The position numbers and the translations under genes were made by a program. 64,000 nt of DNA from Aliikangiella sp. (GTDB lineage: Bacteria > Pseudomonadota > Gammaproteobacteria > Enterobacterales > Kangiellaceae), in NCBI GenBank assembly GCA_965214955.1, contig CBDCCU010000014.1, positions 16,631-80,630 on the forward strand, read 5' to 3'. Positions 1-11,376 of the stretch are shown in pieces; within the stretch, counting starts at the first letter, position 1; every line of letters starts with the position of its first letter. Under the pieces are notes generated by a model. That model did no database searches, was not told where the DNA came from, and saw only the letters and a program-made list of their open reading frames with translations.

Positions 1-566
1 AAGTTGAGTAATTTTGCGGTTTCGGTATAGGTAAAACCTTTTGACGCTAATTGCAGCACTTCGAGTTCACGCTCTGATAAAATTTCTTTTTGTGGAGTGT
101 TTTCTTGAGCGAGGGTGTTTTCAGTTGCTGAAGCTTTATTAGGAGCATGAAAGCGCTTGATTAAATGACGAGCAATTGAAGGAGAAATGGGAGAGCCACC
201 TTTTAAAAGCTCGTTTATTGACTGGTTAATTTGCTCGGTATTACTTTCCTTTAGCATATAGCCTTGAGCGCCAGCTTGAATGGCTTGTATAACATGCTGC
301 TCATCGCCAAATAAAGAAATCACCATAATGGGTAGGTTGGGATCTTTTTCGGCAACACTTTTAATGATGTCTATTCCATCACCGTCGGGAAGATGCAAGT
401 CCACCAGCAATACTTGAGGCAACTTTTCGCTAAGCACTTTCATTGCATCAGCAAAAGTGGGTTGCATTGAGCAAATCTCAAATTGAGGGTTATTTTCAAT
501 ACGGCTTTTTAGCGCTTGTGCTGTGATGAGATCGTCTTCAACTATCATTATTTGAGTGGCAGACAA
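1..566 (-). CDS. NarL/LuxR-family response regulator (REC + HTH), runs off the window edge
   Basis: Not in the ORF track. Manual translation from TTG at 566 (RBS AAGGAG about 573-580): MSATQIMIVEDD...LLVDLHLPDGDG...GAQGYMLKE...LSERELEVLQLASKGFTYTETAKLL. Confidence 0.88.
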   Translation of the reverse strand, partial: MSATQIMIVEDDLITAQALKSRIENNPQFEICSMQPTFADAMKVLSEKLPQVLLVDLHLPDGDGIDIIKSVAEKDPNLPIMVISLFGDEQHVIQAIQAGAQGYMLKESNTEQINQSINELLKGGSPISPSIARHLIKRFHAPNKASATENTLAQENTPQKEILSERELEVLQLASKGFTYTETAKLLN

Positions 567-604
567 TTAATTAACTCCTTTTTATTATTCCTTATTATTA
601 TGAC

Positions 605-1246
605 TTAAAACACAATTAAATACTGAGAAATTTGCCGCGCAAAATTCATTAAAAATGCAAAAATTGGTACGCCAAACATGCTCAATAATATTGCGCCCAT
701 TAGCACCATAGCGCCATATTGCTGATTCCATTGTAGGTATTTATAACCATTATTTTTTGATAGAAAATAAGGCAAAATATAGTGACCGTCTAAAGGACCA
801 AGTGGGATAAGATTAAACAGCATTAAAATTAAATTGATAAAAGTCATAAACTGCAAAAACACACTCATGCCATTTGATTGCAGCACTTCAATATTAAAAA
901 CATAACTAGCCGCCAGCAGGTTAATGCTAAAGAATGCCAAAATTAAATTCATGCCAGGACCTGCCGCGCTGATCCAAAGAGAAGCTTGAGGAGAATTAAA
1001 GTTTCTTGGATCGGTAGGTACCGGCTTAGCATAACCAAAACCAACCAGCGCAACCATTAATAATCCCATAGGATCTATATGAGCTACAGGATTTAAGGTT
1101 AATCTACCCATTCTTTCGGCAGTATTGTCACCAAACTTTTTAGCTGTCCACGCATGACCAAATTCATGAAAAGACAGTGAGATAATAATGGTTAACAGCA
1201 GCAGGATTGCTTCGTTTATTCGTCCTGCCATAATCATGCTTATCAT
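605..1246 (-). CDS. Site-2 protease family (peptidase M50) membrane metalloprotease
   Basis: HEFGH zinc motif, TLNPVAHIDP, AGPGMN and NLIPLGPLDG motifs; hydrophobic. Confidence 0.9.
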   Translation of the reverse strand: MISMIMAGRINEAILLLLTIIISLSFHEFGHAWTAKKFGDNTAERMGRLTLNPVAHIDPMGLLMVALVGFGYAKPVPTDPRNFNSPQASLWISAAGPGMNLILAFFSINLLAASYVFNIEVLQSNGMSVFLQFMTFINLILMLFNLIPLGPLDGHYILPYFLSKNNGYKYLQWNQQYGAMVLMGAILLSMFGVPIFAFLMNFARQISQYLIVF

Positions 1247-1268
1247 TAAAAATTACTCCCCAAAAAAA

Positions 1269-2000
1269 TTATTCACCAAAAGGTGCTGGCTCGGTTATAT
1301 AGTAGGTTATCTGATTATTGTCTTCTGACTTTTCTGATAATGTCATGCTTTTATACCAGCTTTGTTTGGTGAGTGAGGAATACAGCTTTTGCCAGTTTTT
1401 AGGATCGGATGAATTCACCTGTAAGCGACAATATCTACGATTACAAGTTAACTCGTCAACAAAGTGTAACCCATTAGGATCAGCTTGTTGAATGTGCTCA
1501 ATAATATTGGCTTCGTATTCGGCATTCCATTGTCCTTTAGCTTGCCCATTTTCAAATGTAGCTTTTATGGGTTTTAGTTCTCGCTCTGAAATTTCTATTG
1601 CCACACCTTTAAAACGGTTTAAAAACTGGCTTTGCATTTGCTTTTCAAAATCTTGCATAGAAATAGTTTCTAACGACTCATCAGGTGTAACTTTGCTGAG
1701 TTTGTTTGAATTTAATTGCTCAATTTGTTGAGTTAAGGCTTTTATGCGATTTTGTTGTTCGCTAATCGTTTGGCTTAGAGCGGCAATTTTATCGTCACTA
1801 TTGAGCGATTGATTAACCGTTAAAGGTGTTGTTGCTTGAGAGCTATCGGTTGGGATAACGGATACTGCTTCGGATAACGGCTCTAATATTTCAGTGGCAG
1901 GTATCGTTTGATTAGGGGCTGAATTATTGATGAATAGCGCATAACAAAGTACAAATCCAGCAAGCGCCGAGGCTAAATATTTAATTAAGGTAACAACCAT
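1269..2000 (-). CDS. Hypothetical membrane-anchored protein with coiled coil and C-terminal Cys-pair domain
   Basis: N-terminal TM segment, heptad-rich region, LTCNRRYCRLQV; co-oriented with neighbours. Confidence 0.7.
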   Translation of the reverse strand: MVVTLIKYLASALAGFVLCYALFINNSAPNQTIPATEILEPLSEAVSVIPTDSSQATTPLTVNQSLNSDDKIAALSQTISEQQNRIKALTQQIEQLNSNKLSKVTPDESLETISMQDFEKQMQSQFLNRFKGVAIEISERELKPIKATFENGQAKGQWNAEYEANIIEHIQQADPNGLHFVDELTCNRRYCRLQVNSSDPKNWQKLYSSLTKQSWYKSMTLSEKSEDNNQITYYITEPAPFGE

Positions 2001-2085
2001 ATTTTGTAATACTGATATTATCTTGAAAGCTTAACAATATCAGATTGTTACCCTAATAACATTGAGAAAATAAGTTGGTAATCGT

Positions 2086-2925
2086 TTATTCAGTAACAGA
2101 ATTTAACGGTTTTACGCTTTGGTAAAAAATAATTGAACAAGCAATATACCAAAGATCTTTAATTAAAAAGTGTCCACCTGTGGTAAGCAATGTTTCGGCA
2201 GATAATGCGCTAGGCCAGCTGAATAAAAAGGTTTGGGTTACCACAAATACCGCGCCAGACATTACAATAGCGGGTAATAATAATGGTTTAAACTTTAAGC
2301 TAGCAATCAGTAATACCACGGCAATTAAGTCATACACGCCAATAAGGTTTGATGTAGTTTGTAGATCCCAAATGCTGTACATCCATGACATTAATGGCGA
2401 GGTTTCTACCAATGCTTGAATGCCTTTGGCTTCAAGCAAGGTAAATTTCATGCCGCCAATCCAAATTAAAACTAAGGCGATAGGAAATAAAACAATCACT
2501 TTTTTAAAGCAGCGAGAAAACTGATCAGATATTAACAGAATGCCCAATGATAAAAGGGCAAAGTACTTTATTACGCCTTGACCACTACCAATTGCTGGAA
2601 ATCCGCCTAGCGAATCTATCCACATACTTTTACCTGCAAGGGCTAACAATGGAACAATTGAGCCTAGGGTTATGATAATGCCGCTAATTTTTTCGAGCGG
2701 CTTGCCCAATAAAATAGCTAACATCAATGCGGCCACAACTAAATAAAATATACCTGCAATGGCATTGGCAATGCTGGGTGATAAAACTTCACTGATGCCG
2801 TAAAAGTCGGTAATGAGCTTGATGTGCCCATGATGTCCCATTAGCAAAATAGATGCTCCTAGCAATAAGCTAGAAACTAGAATTAATGAAAGAGTGATCT
2901 TTTGATAGGTGTTATTTTCAGTCAT
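2086..2925 (-). CDS. DUF417 (RclC/YkgB-like) inner-membrane protein
   Basis: LIWIGGMKFT..EAKGIQALVETSPLMSWMY and GHFLIKD motifs; ATGA overlap with the upstream gene. Confidence 0.75.
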   Translation of the reverse strand: MTENNTYQKITLSLILVSSLLLGASILLMGHHGHIKLITDFYGISEVLSPSIANAIAGIFYLVVAALMLAILLGKPLEKISGIIITLGSIVPLLALAGKSMWIDSLGGFPAIGSGQGVIKYFALLSLGILLISDQFSRCFKKVIVLFPIALVLIWIGGMKFTLLEAKGIQALVETSPLMSWMYSIWDLQTTSNLIGVYDLIAVVLLIASLKFKPLLLPAIVMSGAVFVVTQTFLFSWPSALSAETLLTTGGHFLIKDLWYIACSIIFYQSVKPLNSVTE

Positions 2926-4163
2926 GGTTTGTTTTCTGTGTGTTTGTTTTTTTCTTCAATCCATTTCGACATAAATTGAGTGCTTTTCATCGAATGGTGA
3001 AGCAACATTGCTCCAATGAAATTATCGACTCGATGACTAGGCAAATTGTTACAAAGCTGTTCCATTTTTTTTATTAAGCTGCTTTCAAGTTGCGGCTTAT
3101 TGTAATAGCGAGTCAAAATGGGTGTAATATTATTTTGACAAGCTTCCCACGCAATTTTATTTTGATAAAGTTTAACTGCCGCATTGGCAATCGCTTCAAC
3201 ATTATTCGCTTCTATTCCCGGCCACTTAAAACCATCTGCCATTCCTTCAACCCCAATATTGGTGGTAATACTGGGTGTGCCATTTAACATGGCATCTATT
3301 AGCTTTCCTTTTATGCCGGCACCAAATCTCAGCGGAGCCAGTAGAACTCTGGCATTTTGTATCACACGGTTAGCATTTTCTGCCCAGCCTTTGACTAAAA
3401 AGCCTGTTTTAGGGTTATTAAGATGAGTGGCTTTTTTGGTCGGATAGGCACCATAAATATGCAGTTCGGCTTGTGGTAGTTGCTTACGAATATGCGGCCA
3501 TATTTGTTGTAAATATAAAACGGAATCCCAGTTAGGCGCATGACGAAAGTTGCCGATTGCGACAAAATGCTCTCGCTCATTAAAGCTTGGTAAATTGTCT
3601 GTGTTTTGTTTGGGTTCAATTAAAAATGGCAAATGGTGAATTAAGCTTTGATCAATCGCAAAGTGATTTTGCAATATATCCATTTCAAAACTCGAAATAA
3701 TTAAAGACAGATCACTACGATAAATAGCGGCAATTTCGCGTTTGGCTAAGTCACTGCTATTAAGCTGATCTAAATTGAAAGTTTGATTATTTTTTAACGC
3801 TTGTTGTCTTGTATATCGAAGGCATTGCAGATCTTCGGTATCTAAAACTCTTAAAGCATTAGGGCAGGCTTTTTCAACCCGCCAAGCAAATTGCTCTTCC
3901 ATCATAAAACGGTCGAATAACACAACTTGCGGGTTAAGCTCGGCAACCCACTTATCAAAGCAACTACTGTTTAAGGTGATTTCAACACTTTCAATGCCAA
4001 GGCTTTCTAAATTGATCATATGATCGGTTGGCTGAGAAGGTGTAGAAAACACTACCCGATAATTTTGCGCCTTAAACAGTTTAAGCAGTGATAGCATATG
4101 ACTACCCGCCGCAGAAGAGTTAGGCTCGGGCCAAACATAACCAATAACTAGCAGAGTTTTCAT
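2922..4163 (-). CDS. GT-B glycosyltransferase (GT4-like)
   Basis: IGNFRHAPN and LAPLRFGAGIKGKLIDAM..GTPSITT motifs. Confidence 0.85.
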   Translation of the reverse strand: MKTLLVIGYVWPEPNSSAAGSHMLSLLKLFKAQNYRVVFSTPSQPTDHMINLESLGIESVEITLNSSCFDKWVAELNPQVVLFDRFMMEEQFAWRVEKACPNALRVLDTEDLQCLRYTRQQALKNNQTFNLDQLNSSDLAKREIAAIYRSDLSLIISSFEMDILQNHFAIDQSLIHHLPFLIEPKQNTDNLPSFNEREHFVAIGNFRHAPNWDSVLYLQQIWPHIRKQLPQAELHIYGAYPTKKATHLNNPKTGFLVKGWAENANRVIQNARVLLAPLRFGAGIKGKLIDAMLNGTPSITTNIGVEGMADGFKWPGIEANNVEAIANAAVKLYQNKIAWEACQNNITPILTRYYNKPQLESSLIKKMEQLCNNLPSHRVDNFIGAMLLHHSMKSTQFMSKWIEEKNKHTENKP

Positions 4164-4171
4164 TAATTGAT

Positions 4172-6997
4172 TTACAACATCTCTCGCAAAAAACGCCCAG
4201 TATGTGACTTTTTGTTTTTAGCCACTTCTTCGGGGGTTCCTTCGGCAATAATTAATCCGCCTTTGTTACCACCCTCGGGGCCTAAATCAATGATCCAGTC
4301 GGCAGTTTTTATCACATCTAAATTATGCTCAATGACTAATATGGTATTGCCATGATCGCGCAATCTATGCAGCACCGACATTAATTGTTTTACATCGTGA
4401 AAATGTAGTCCTGTGGTTGGCTCATCAAGGATATAAAGGGTTTGCCCAGTATCGCGTTTGCTAAGCTCGCGCGATAATTTTACCCTTTGCGCTTCACCGC
4501 CCGATAAGGTTGTGGCGGCTTGTCCTAATCGAATATAAGAGAGTCCAACATCAATTAAGGTTTGCAGTTTGCGCGAAATAACAGGAATAGCATCGAAGAA
4601 TTCTCTGGCATCTTCCACGGTCATTTCTAATACTTCGTGAATATTTTTATGCTTGTAGTTAATTTCTAAGGTTTCGCGGTTATAACGCTTGCCTTTACAC
4701 ACATCGCAAGGCACGTAAATATCGGGTAAAAAGTGCATTTCTACTTTGATTACCCCGTCACCTTGGCAAGCTTCGCAACGACCACCCTTAACATTAAAAC
4801 TAAATCGCCCAGGTTTATAGCCGCGAGAACGTGCTTCTTGAGTACCTGAAAAAAGCTCTCTAATTGGGGTAAAAATACCCGTATAGGTGGCAGGATTTGA
4901 ACGCGGTGTTCGGCCAATGGGGCTTTGGTCAATATCGACAACCTTGTCAAACAAATCCATACCTTTACATTCTTCATAAGGCGAGGGGGTTAAGGTGCTG
5001 GCTCTGTTAAGTTCGGTGGCGGCAATAGGGTAGAGGGTGTCATTCACTAAGGTGGATTTACCCGAACCAGAAACACCCGTTACACAGGTAAAAACGCCAA
5101 CCGGCAACTTAAGTGTTACCGATTGCAGGTTATTGCCTGTGGCACCGGTTAATTCTAAATGTTTACCGTTTTTAGCCGTGTGTCTTTTAGTTGGGATTTC
5201 AATTGACTGAACCCCTGATAAATATTGCCCTGTGAGAGAGTTTTTATTATTTAAAATATCGTTAAGCTTACCTTCGGCAACTACTTGTCCACCATGAACA
5301 CCCGCACCAGGGCCAATATCTAAAATATGATCGGCAGTTTTTATCGCATCTTCATCGTGTTCAACCACTACCACGGTATTGCCTAAGTCGCGCAAATGGG
5401 TAAGAGTTTTTAATAATCTTTCGTTATCTCTTTGGTGCAGGCCAATAGAGGGTTCATCGAGCACATACATCACACCTACTAAGCCTGCGCCAATTTGGCT
5501 GGCAAGACGAATACGCTGTGCTTCGCCGCCCGATAAAGTATCGGCACTGCGCTCCATAGATAAATATTCCAAACCCACATTCACTAAAAACTCTAAACGC
5601 GCGCAAATTTCTTTTAATATTTTTTCCGCTATTTTTCCGCGCTTGCCTGGCAGTTTTAATTGTTGGAAAAAGTTTAATGCTTCATCTATTGGTAAGCTAG
5701 TAATGCTAGGTAGGTTTCGTTTTTTTATTAGCACGCTACGAGCGTCAGTTTTTAAGCGGCTGCCGTGACAGGAAGGACAAGCTTGAGTGTTCATATATTT
5801 TTGCAGCTCTTCGCGCACCGCCATCGACTCGGTTTCTCTAAATCGGCGCTGCATATTGGGGATAACCCCTTCAAACTTATGCGTGCGAGTCATTACATCG
5901 CCGCGATCATTAGCGTAGGTAAACTCTATTTTGGTATTGCCGCTACCATAAAGAATGGTTTTTTGATGTTTTTTACCGAGCTTATTAAAGGGCTTTTCTA
6001 TATCAAAATCATAATGCTCAGCAATAGAGTTAAGCATATGAAAATAATAAACATTGCGTCTATCCCAGCCGCGAATAGCGCCGCCAGCTAATGAAAGCTC
6101 GTTATTAACAATAATGCGGTCGGGATCAAAAAATTGATCTACCCCTAAACCATCACAAGTGCCACAAGCCCCCGCTGGATTATTAAATGAAAATAATCGA
6201 GGCTCTAACTCTGGCAAGCTATGTCCACATTCAGGACAGGCAAATTTAGCTGAAAATGTCATTGGCTCTAAATCAGAATTATCATCCATTGGTGCAATAG
6301 TGACTAAACCATCGGCAAGCTCTAAGGCGGTTTCAAATGATTCGGCTAAACGCTGTTTTAGATCGGATCGTACTTTAAAGCGATCAACCACCACTTCAAT
6401 GGTGTGCTTTTTATGCAGCTCTAACTTGGGGGCTTCTGATAATTCATAAGTTTCGCCATTGATTCTGGCGCGAACAAATCCTTGCGCTTGCAACTCTTCA
6501 AATAATTGAACATGCTCACCTTTACGATTGCGTACCACAGGCGCAAGCAATAATAACTTTGAGCCTTCGGGCAGTGCTAAAGTGTGATCAACCATTTGGC
6601 TAATGGTTTGAGCCTCTAGCGCTAGTTCATGCTCAGGACAATGCGGCGTACCAACTCGGGCAAACAACAACCTTAAATAGTCATAAATTTCGGTAATTGT
6701 GCCAACGGTTGAACGGGGATTATGCGAAGTTGATTTTTGCTCAATAGAAATTGCAGGCGACAATCCTTCAATATGCTCAACATCAGGCTTTTCCATTAAC
6801 GATAAAAACTGACGCGCATAAGCCGACAGCGATTCAACATATCGGCGTTGACCTTCGGCGTATAAGGTGTCAAATGCTAATGAGGATTTGCCCGAACCAG
6901 AAAGACCAGTAATTACAATTAACTTGTCTCTGGGCAGGGTAACGTCAATATTTTTAAGATTATGGGTTTTTGCGCCGCGAACTTCTATGTGATTCAT
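4172..6997 (-). CDS. uvrA: Excinuclease ABC subunit A
   Basis: Two ABC ATPase modules ([26 protein letters not shown] twice), zinc fingers, 941 aa. Confidence 0.99.
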   Translation of the reverse strand: MNHIEVRGAKTHNLKNIDVTLPRDKLIVITGLSGSGKSSLAFDTLYAEGQRRYVESLSAYARQFLSLMEKPDVEHIEGLSPAISIEQKSTSHNPRSTVGTITEIYDYLRLLFARVGTPHCPEHELALEAQTISQMVDHTLALPEGSKLLLLAPVVRNRKGEHVQLFEELQAQGFVRARINGETYELSEAPKLELHKKHTIEVVVDRFKVRSDLKQRLAESFETALELADGLVTIAPMDDNSDLEPMTFSAKFACPECGHSLPELEPRLFSFNNPAGACGTCDGLGVDQFFDPDRIIVNNELSLAGGAIRGWDRRNVYYFHMLNSIAEHYDFDIEKPFNKLGKKHQKTILYGSGNTKIEFTYANDRGDVMTRTHKFEGVIPNMQRRFRETESMAVREELQKYMNTQACPSCHGSRLKTDARSVLIKKRNLPSITSLPIDEALNFFQQLKLPGKRGKIAEKILKEICARLEFLVNVGLEYLSMERSADTLSGGEAQRIRLASQIGAGLVGVMYVLDEPSIGLHQRDNERLLKTLTHLRDLGNTVVVVEHDEDAIKTADHILDIGPGAGVHGGQVVAEGKLNDILNNKNSLTGQYLSGVQSIEIPTKRHTAKNGKHLELTGATGNNLQSVTLKLPVGVFTCVTGVSGSGKSTLVNDTLYPIAATELNRASTLTPSPYEECKGMDLFDKVVDIDQSPIGRTPRSNPATYTGIFTPIRELFSGTQEARSRGYKPGRFSFNVKGGRCEACQGDGVIKVEMHFLPDIYVPCDVCKGKRYNRETLEINYKHKNIHEVLEMTVEDAREFFDAIPVISRKLQTLIDVGLSYIRLGQAATTLSGGEAQRVKLSRELSKRDTGQTLYILDEPTTGLHFHDVKQLMSVLHRLRDHGNTILVIEHNLDVIKTADWIIDLGPEGGNKGGLIIAEGTPEEVAKNKKSHTGRFLREML

Positions 6998-7112
6998 AAG
7001 CTATCTTGTATAATGCCTGCCAGATTGATTGGCTAAAAGTGAACTCAACATAATAACTCAATTGAATTCATCAACACAGCCTAATTTGCGTTAAATTAAT
7101 ATAAGAAAAGTC

Positions 7113-8501
7113 ATGGAACAATCCTCACAAATGAACAAAACTGAAAAGCGAGCAGCATTAACATTAAGCAGTGTGTTTGCTTTGCGTATGCTGGGTTTGT
7201 TTATGTTACTGCCTGTATTTAGTATTGCTGGTGAAAACTTAAAAGATTACACCCCAGCGCTAATTGGTTTTGCCATTGGTGCTTATGGTTTAACCCAAGC
7301 GGTTTTTCAAATTCCCTTTGGTTGGATGTCAGATAAATTTGGACGCAAACCCGTTATTTTATTTGGTTTGCTCTTGTTTACCATTGGCTCATTAGTAGCA
7401 GCTTATTCTGAAAGTATTTATGGCGTTATTGTTGGTCGCCTATTGCAAGGTTGCGGCGCAATAGCCAGTGCAATTATGGCACTAGCGGCTGATTTATCCC
7501 GTGATGAACAGCGCACTAAAATTATGGCAAGCATTGGCATGAGTATTGGCGCGGCATTTACCTTAGCCATGGTGCTTGGCCCTTGGTTGACCCAGTGGTT
7601 AGGTTTAAGTGGTATATTTATGTCAATTGCAGGGCTTTCTATTATTGCCATGTTAGTGATTTATTTTTTAACACCCAATCCCACCCACCAATTTGTTCAG
7701 CGCGATGCCATTGCCAGCAAAGGAGAGTTTTCCAAAATATTTAAAGACGCTCAGTTAATGCGGCTTAACTTTGGTATTTTTTCGCTACACTTTTTACTCA
7801 CCTCATTTTTTGTGGTGTTTCCTCTGCGTTTAAAAGCAATGGATTTTGCCTTGGCTAATCATAGCTGGATGTATTTAACCACTATGGTGCTAGCCATTGT
7901 ATTGATGATCCCAATGATTATTGTGGCAGAAAAAAGACGTCGTCATTCGCAAATGATGTTAATGGGTGTGTTGTTAATTGCTTTTGTGCAACTGGCTTTT
8001 GGTTTTTCGGAATTTTCAATCTTATGGATTGGTATTGCCATGGTGCTTTACTTTGCCGGCTTTAATTTAATGGAAGCTTTATTGCCATCAATGATTTCTC
8101 GAATTGCGCCATTATCTTCAAAAGGTACGGCTTTAGGGGTTTATTCAACCAGTCAGTTTGCAGGTGCATTTTTAGGTGGACCTGCGGCAGGGTTAATTAT
8201 GCAATATTACGGTATGGATGGGGTTTATTTTGCGGGGGCAATTATGGCGTTAATGTGGGCGGCATTATTATTAGGGCTTAAAAATCCGCCAGTAGAAACG
8301 GCATACACATTAACCATGCCCGATGTAAACGCCGAAGCATTTCCCAGTATCATTGATGAACTTAAAGCCATAGAAGGTGTATCGCAAGCGGTTGCATTAC
8401 CCGAGGCTGGCGCGGTTTATTTAAAAGTTGATAAAAAGGTGCTTGATCCTAAAGCGTTAGATAAATTTCATCAAAAAAATAATGAAACCATAAAAGCGTA
8501 A
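7113..8501 (+). CDS. MFS transporter (YajR-like, with C-terminal soluble domain)
   Basis: GWMSDKFGRKP MFS motif, about 12 TMs; the uvrA-MFS-ssb arrangement is common. Confidence 0.9.
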   Translation: MEQSSQMNKTEKRAALTLSSVFALRMLGLFMLLPVFSIAGENLKDYTPALIGFAIGAYGLTQAVFQIPFGWMSDKFGRKPVILFGLLLFTIGSLVAAYSESIYGVIVGRLLQGCGAIASAIMALAADLSRDEQRTKIMASIGMSIGAAFTLAMVLGPWLTQWLGLSGIFMSIAGLSIIAMLVIYFLTPNPTHQFVQRDAIASKGEFSKIFKDAQLMRLNFGIFSLHFLLTSFFVVFPLRLKAMDFALANHSWMYLTTMVLAIVLMIPMIIVAEKRRRHSQMMLMGVLLIAFVQLAFGFSEFSILWIGIAMVLYFAGFNLMEALLPSMISRIAPLSSKGTALGVYSTSQFAGAFLGGPAAGLIMQYYGMDGVYFAGAIMALMWAALLLGLKNPPVETAYTLTMPDVNAEAFPSIIDELKAIEGVSQAVALPEAGAVYLKVDKKVLDPKALDKFHQKNNETIKA

Positions 8502-8629
8502 ATACGCTGCAACTAAAAGTTTTAACTCAACGCCTGCTGTTATATGATAGGCGATTATTTTATTCGGTTTGTCGCAAGCTCACTATAAGAGTAAAGGAAT
8601 AAACCATCGATTAAAAATTGGAGATTTCA

Positions 8630-9142
8630 ATGGCCACCAGAGGCATTAATAAAGTTATCCTAGTTGGCAACTTAGGACAAGATCCCGAAGTACGCTACGC
8701 ACCATCGGGTAGTGCAGTAACCAATATTAGCATTGCCACAAGTGACAGCTGGAAAGATAAAAATACAGGGCAAATGGTTGATAAGACCGAATGGCATAGA
8801 GTGGTATTTTTTGGCAAGCTAGCCGAAATTGCTGGTGAATACCTTAAAAAAGGCTCGCAAGTGTATGTAGAAGGCAAGTTGCAAACGCGCAAATGGCAAG
8901 ATCAACAAGGTCAAGATCGCTACACCACCGAAGTTGTCGTAGACGGCTTTAACGGCGTAATGCAAATGCTAGGCGGCAGAAACGAAGGCGGCATGGGTGG
9001 CGGCGGACGTCCTCAAAATCAAGGTGGCGGTTATCAGCAACAGCAAGCGCCGCAGGCTCAACAGCAGCAACAAGCCCCGCAACAGCCAGCGCCAATGGAT
9101 AGTGGGTTTAGTGATTCGTTTGATGATGATATTCCGTTTTAG
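8630..9142 (+). CDS. ssb: Single-stranded DNA-binding protein
   Basis: [23 protein letters not shown], Gly/Gln linker, DDDIPF tail; ATG at 8630 follows GGAGA. Confidence 0.99.
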   Translation: MATRGINKVILVGNLGQDPEVRYAPSGSAVTNISIATSDSWKDKNTGQMVDKTEWHRVVFFGKLAEIAGEYLKKGSQVYVEGKLQTRKWQDQQGQDRYTTEVVVDGFNGVMQMLGGRNEGGMGGGGRPQNQGGGYQQQQAPQAQQQQQAPQQPAPMDSGFSDSFDDDIPF

Positions 9143-9165
9143 GGTTGATCTGAATATCGTTATGT

Positions 9166-9193
9166 AAAAGGCTGCATTTATGTGGCCTTTTTT
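9166..9193 (+). terminator. Intrinsic terminator of ssb
   Basis: AAAAGGCTGCAT-TT-ATGTGGCCTTTT hairpin plus T-run. Confidence 0.8.
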
Positions 9194-9204
9194 GTTTGGT
9201 AAAA

Positions 9205-9446
9205 ACGTTTCATGTCTTGATTGATGCCAAAACAAAAGTCTATGCGACACAATAAAGCATAAGTGATAAAAGCCTAGGGTTTCATTATCAATTAATTCAG
9301 AGCTTTTGATTGTTATGGTTTGTGCTTAAATCAATTTAAGAGACTCACTATCATGCAAACAAAACCACTCAAACTCAATAAGCGAAAACAAAAAAGCGTT
9401 GAGAGAATGACTATTGTTGTTGTGAGTGATTGTGGATATAGTGGCT
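9205..9446 (-). pseudogene. Decayed 5' end and upstream end of a Y1/HUH transposase element, paralogous to 17750-18012
   Basis: Minus strand reads ..IKSSELIDNETLGFYHL versus MAIRRSELIDNETPGFYHL, then frameshifts. The terminal motif GTGATTGTGGATATAGTGGCTGTCTGG matches 17981-18007. Confidence 0.8.
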
Positions 9447-9476
9447 GTCTGGAATTAGTTTCTCAGGTAACTCTGG

Positions 9477-10770
9477 GAGACCGTTTAGAATTCTGTGTCA
9501 GTGAATGCTAAATATCTAAAACGTCGTCAAGACGACCTTCAAAATAAATAGCCAGTTGCGACAATGTCAAATTCCAATTTTGGATTGGCATTGTCCATTT
9601 CTTCGTCATATTCCCAATGCCAGAATACAATAATTTTAGCAGACTATTTTCATTAGGAAATGCGCCTTTGGTTTTGGTGAGTTTTCTAAACTGGCGGTGC
9701 ACCGATTCAATTGCATTGGTCGTGTAAATAACTTTGCGTATTGGCTCTGGATATTTAAAGAAAACCGACAAGTTATCCCACTTTCTGCGCCAGGATTTGA
9801 GCACAATAGGATATTGTTTGCCCCATTTAGTTTCTAACTCATCGAGCGCTTGCTCAGCCGCTTGTTTGGAAACAGCACGATAAACCGGTTTTAAGTCAGC
9901 CATAAAAGTCTTTTGATTTTTTGAAGCCACATATTTCATCGAGTTGCGAATTTGATGAATAATGCAAAGTTGTACTTCGGTATTAGGATAGCAACTATTA
10001 ATCGCTTCAGGAAAGCCTGTTAGACCATCCACACAGGCAATGAGAATGTCTTGAACACCACGATGGCTCATGTCGGTTAGCACAGATAACCAGAAATTAG
10101 CGCCTTCATTTTCTGATAAGTAAAGCCCTAATATCTCTTTTGTGCCATCAAGTTTTAGTCCGAGAACGGTATAGATGGCCTTGCTAACATAGCGTCCTTG
10201 GTCTTTCACTTTATAATGAATGGCATCGAGCCAAACAAAAGGATAGTGGCTTTCTAATGGCCGTTGTTGCCAGTTTTTAAGCTCAGGAATAAGCTTATCG
10301 GTAATATTGCTGAGTGTTGCAGTGGATATGTTGACACCATACAAATCGGTCAAATTTTGTGTAATATCTCGGTAACTCATACCATGAGAAAAAAGTGAAA
10401 GTATTTTCGTTTCGATTTCATCAGTGAGCGTTGTTTGATGCTTTTTAATGATTTGCGGCTCAAAATTACCTGCGCGATCACGAGGCGTATTGAGTTCAAA
10501 ATTACCATGAGAAGACTTAATTGTTTTGGCTGTAGTGCCATTCTTACGATTCGGTTGCTCATCATCGTCTAAATGAGCAACTAGCTCAGCATTGAGAGCC
10601 GCTTCAGTCAGCTGTTTAATCAATGGAGTAAGCACTCCACCTTTACCGGTTATTGGTTTACCTGACTGTAATTCTTTTAATGCTTTTTCTAAATCAAATG
10701 ATTTATCCATAATGTGTCATTCCTCTTTTTTAAGAGTTTAGTTGAATGACACAGAATTTCTAACACTCCC
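9477..10770 (-). mobile_element. IS256-family insertion sequence, 1294 bp, with 8-bp target duplication AACTCTGG
   Basis: Imperfect 26-bp TIRs (GAGACCGTTTAGAATTCTGTGTCAGT / GGGAGTGTTAGAAATTCTGTGTCATT). AACTCTGG at 9469-9476 and 10771-10778. Confidence 0.95.
9508..10710 (-). CDS. IS256-family (Mutator-type) DDE transposase
   Basis: WLDAI, IACVDGLTGF, VQLCIIHQIRNS and IYTTNAIES motifs; 400 aa, intact. Confidence 0.97.
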   Translation of the reverse strand: MDKSFDLEKALKELQSGKPITGKGGVLTPLIKQLTEAALNAELVAHLDDDEQPNRKNGTTAKTIKSSHGNFELNTPRDRAGNFEPQIIKKHQTTLTDEIETKILSLFSHGMSYRDITQNLTDLYGVNISTATLSNITDKLIPELKNWQQRPLESHYPFVWLDAIHYKVKDQGRYVSKAIYTVLGLKLDGTKEILGLYLSENEGANFWLSVLTDMSHRGVQDILIACVDGLTGFPEAINSCYPNTEVQLCIIHQIRNSMKYVASKNQKTFMADLKPVYRAVSKQAAEQALDELETKWGKQYPIVLKSWRRKWDNLSVFFKYPEPIRKVIYTTNAIESVHRQFRKLTKTKGAFPNENSLLKLLYSGIGNMTKKWTMPIQNWNLTLSQLAIYFEGRLDDVLDI

Positions 10771-11291
10771 AACTCTGGAGCAAGATGTTTTTCAATATAT
10801 CCCTTTCTCTTACACCAATGAATAAGTTCTCGCATGGCCTTTTGTCTATTTCGTAATGTGGTTTCGCCCATGGGACCAAGCTCTATAAAATAATCTTCGA
10901 TTCTATATTCGTTTAAATCCTTAACTGATGTGTTCTTAAAATAGGGAGCGATTTCGTTTTTTAATAAATTGGCATGTCTTATTCTATTCTTTGATGTTCT
11001 TTTTTCCTCAACAAATTCAGCCGCTTCGTAGCATGCTTTAGCTACCGAAGTACTTGCTTTAAATATATTGCTAACGATAAGACTACTTTCTTTTGATGCT
11101 TTATAAGGGATAATAAATTTTTCAATAGCTATGCGTTTAGCTTCCCCTAAATCGGAAGTGCCAAGTGATTTCTGTATATATTTTGCACGTTTACCGTTAT
11201 CAGGGTATGTCTTTAGTTTAATGTAATAGTTTTTTGACCCTGTTTGTTTATAAATATCGCCATATTCTTCAAAACCTTCGATCTTTTCCAT
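10771..11291 (-). pseudogene. Tyrosine integrase N-terminal and core-binding fragment, interrupted by IS256, catalytic domain absent
   Basis: YYIKL...KSLGTSDLGEAKRIA arm-like region and LKNEIAPYF...VKDLNEYRIEDY...TTLRNRQKAMRELIHWC SAM-like region. It lies next to a tRNA-derived att. The ORF-track C-terminus (LGVLEIL...) is read-through into the IS. Confidence 0.75.
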
Positions 11292-11376
11292 ATCCGTTTA
11301 ACCCCCTAATTTAACCATTGCGTTGTTATAGTTTATGTTATAGATGGCTCTAAAGCCAGGAATAATAAAGGGGGTA

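Noticed and set aside
6998-7112. LexA box upstream of uvrA (also checked at 8530-8560 upstream of ssb)
   Set aside because: No CTGT-N8-ACAG match. The ssb-proximal CTGTTATATGATAGGC lacks the right half-site and is better explained as a hairpin or -10 region.
9320-9511. 63-aa plus-strand ORF
   Set aside because: It spans the Y1 remnant, the integrase tail and the IS256 end; a chimeric chance ORF.
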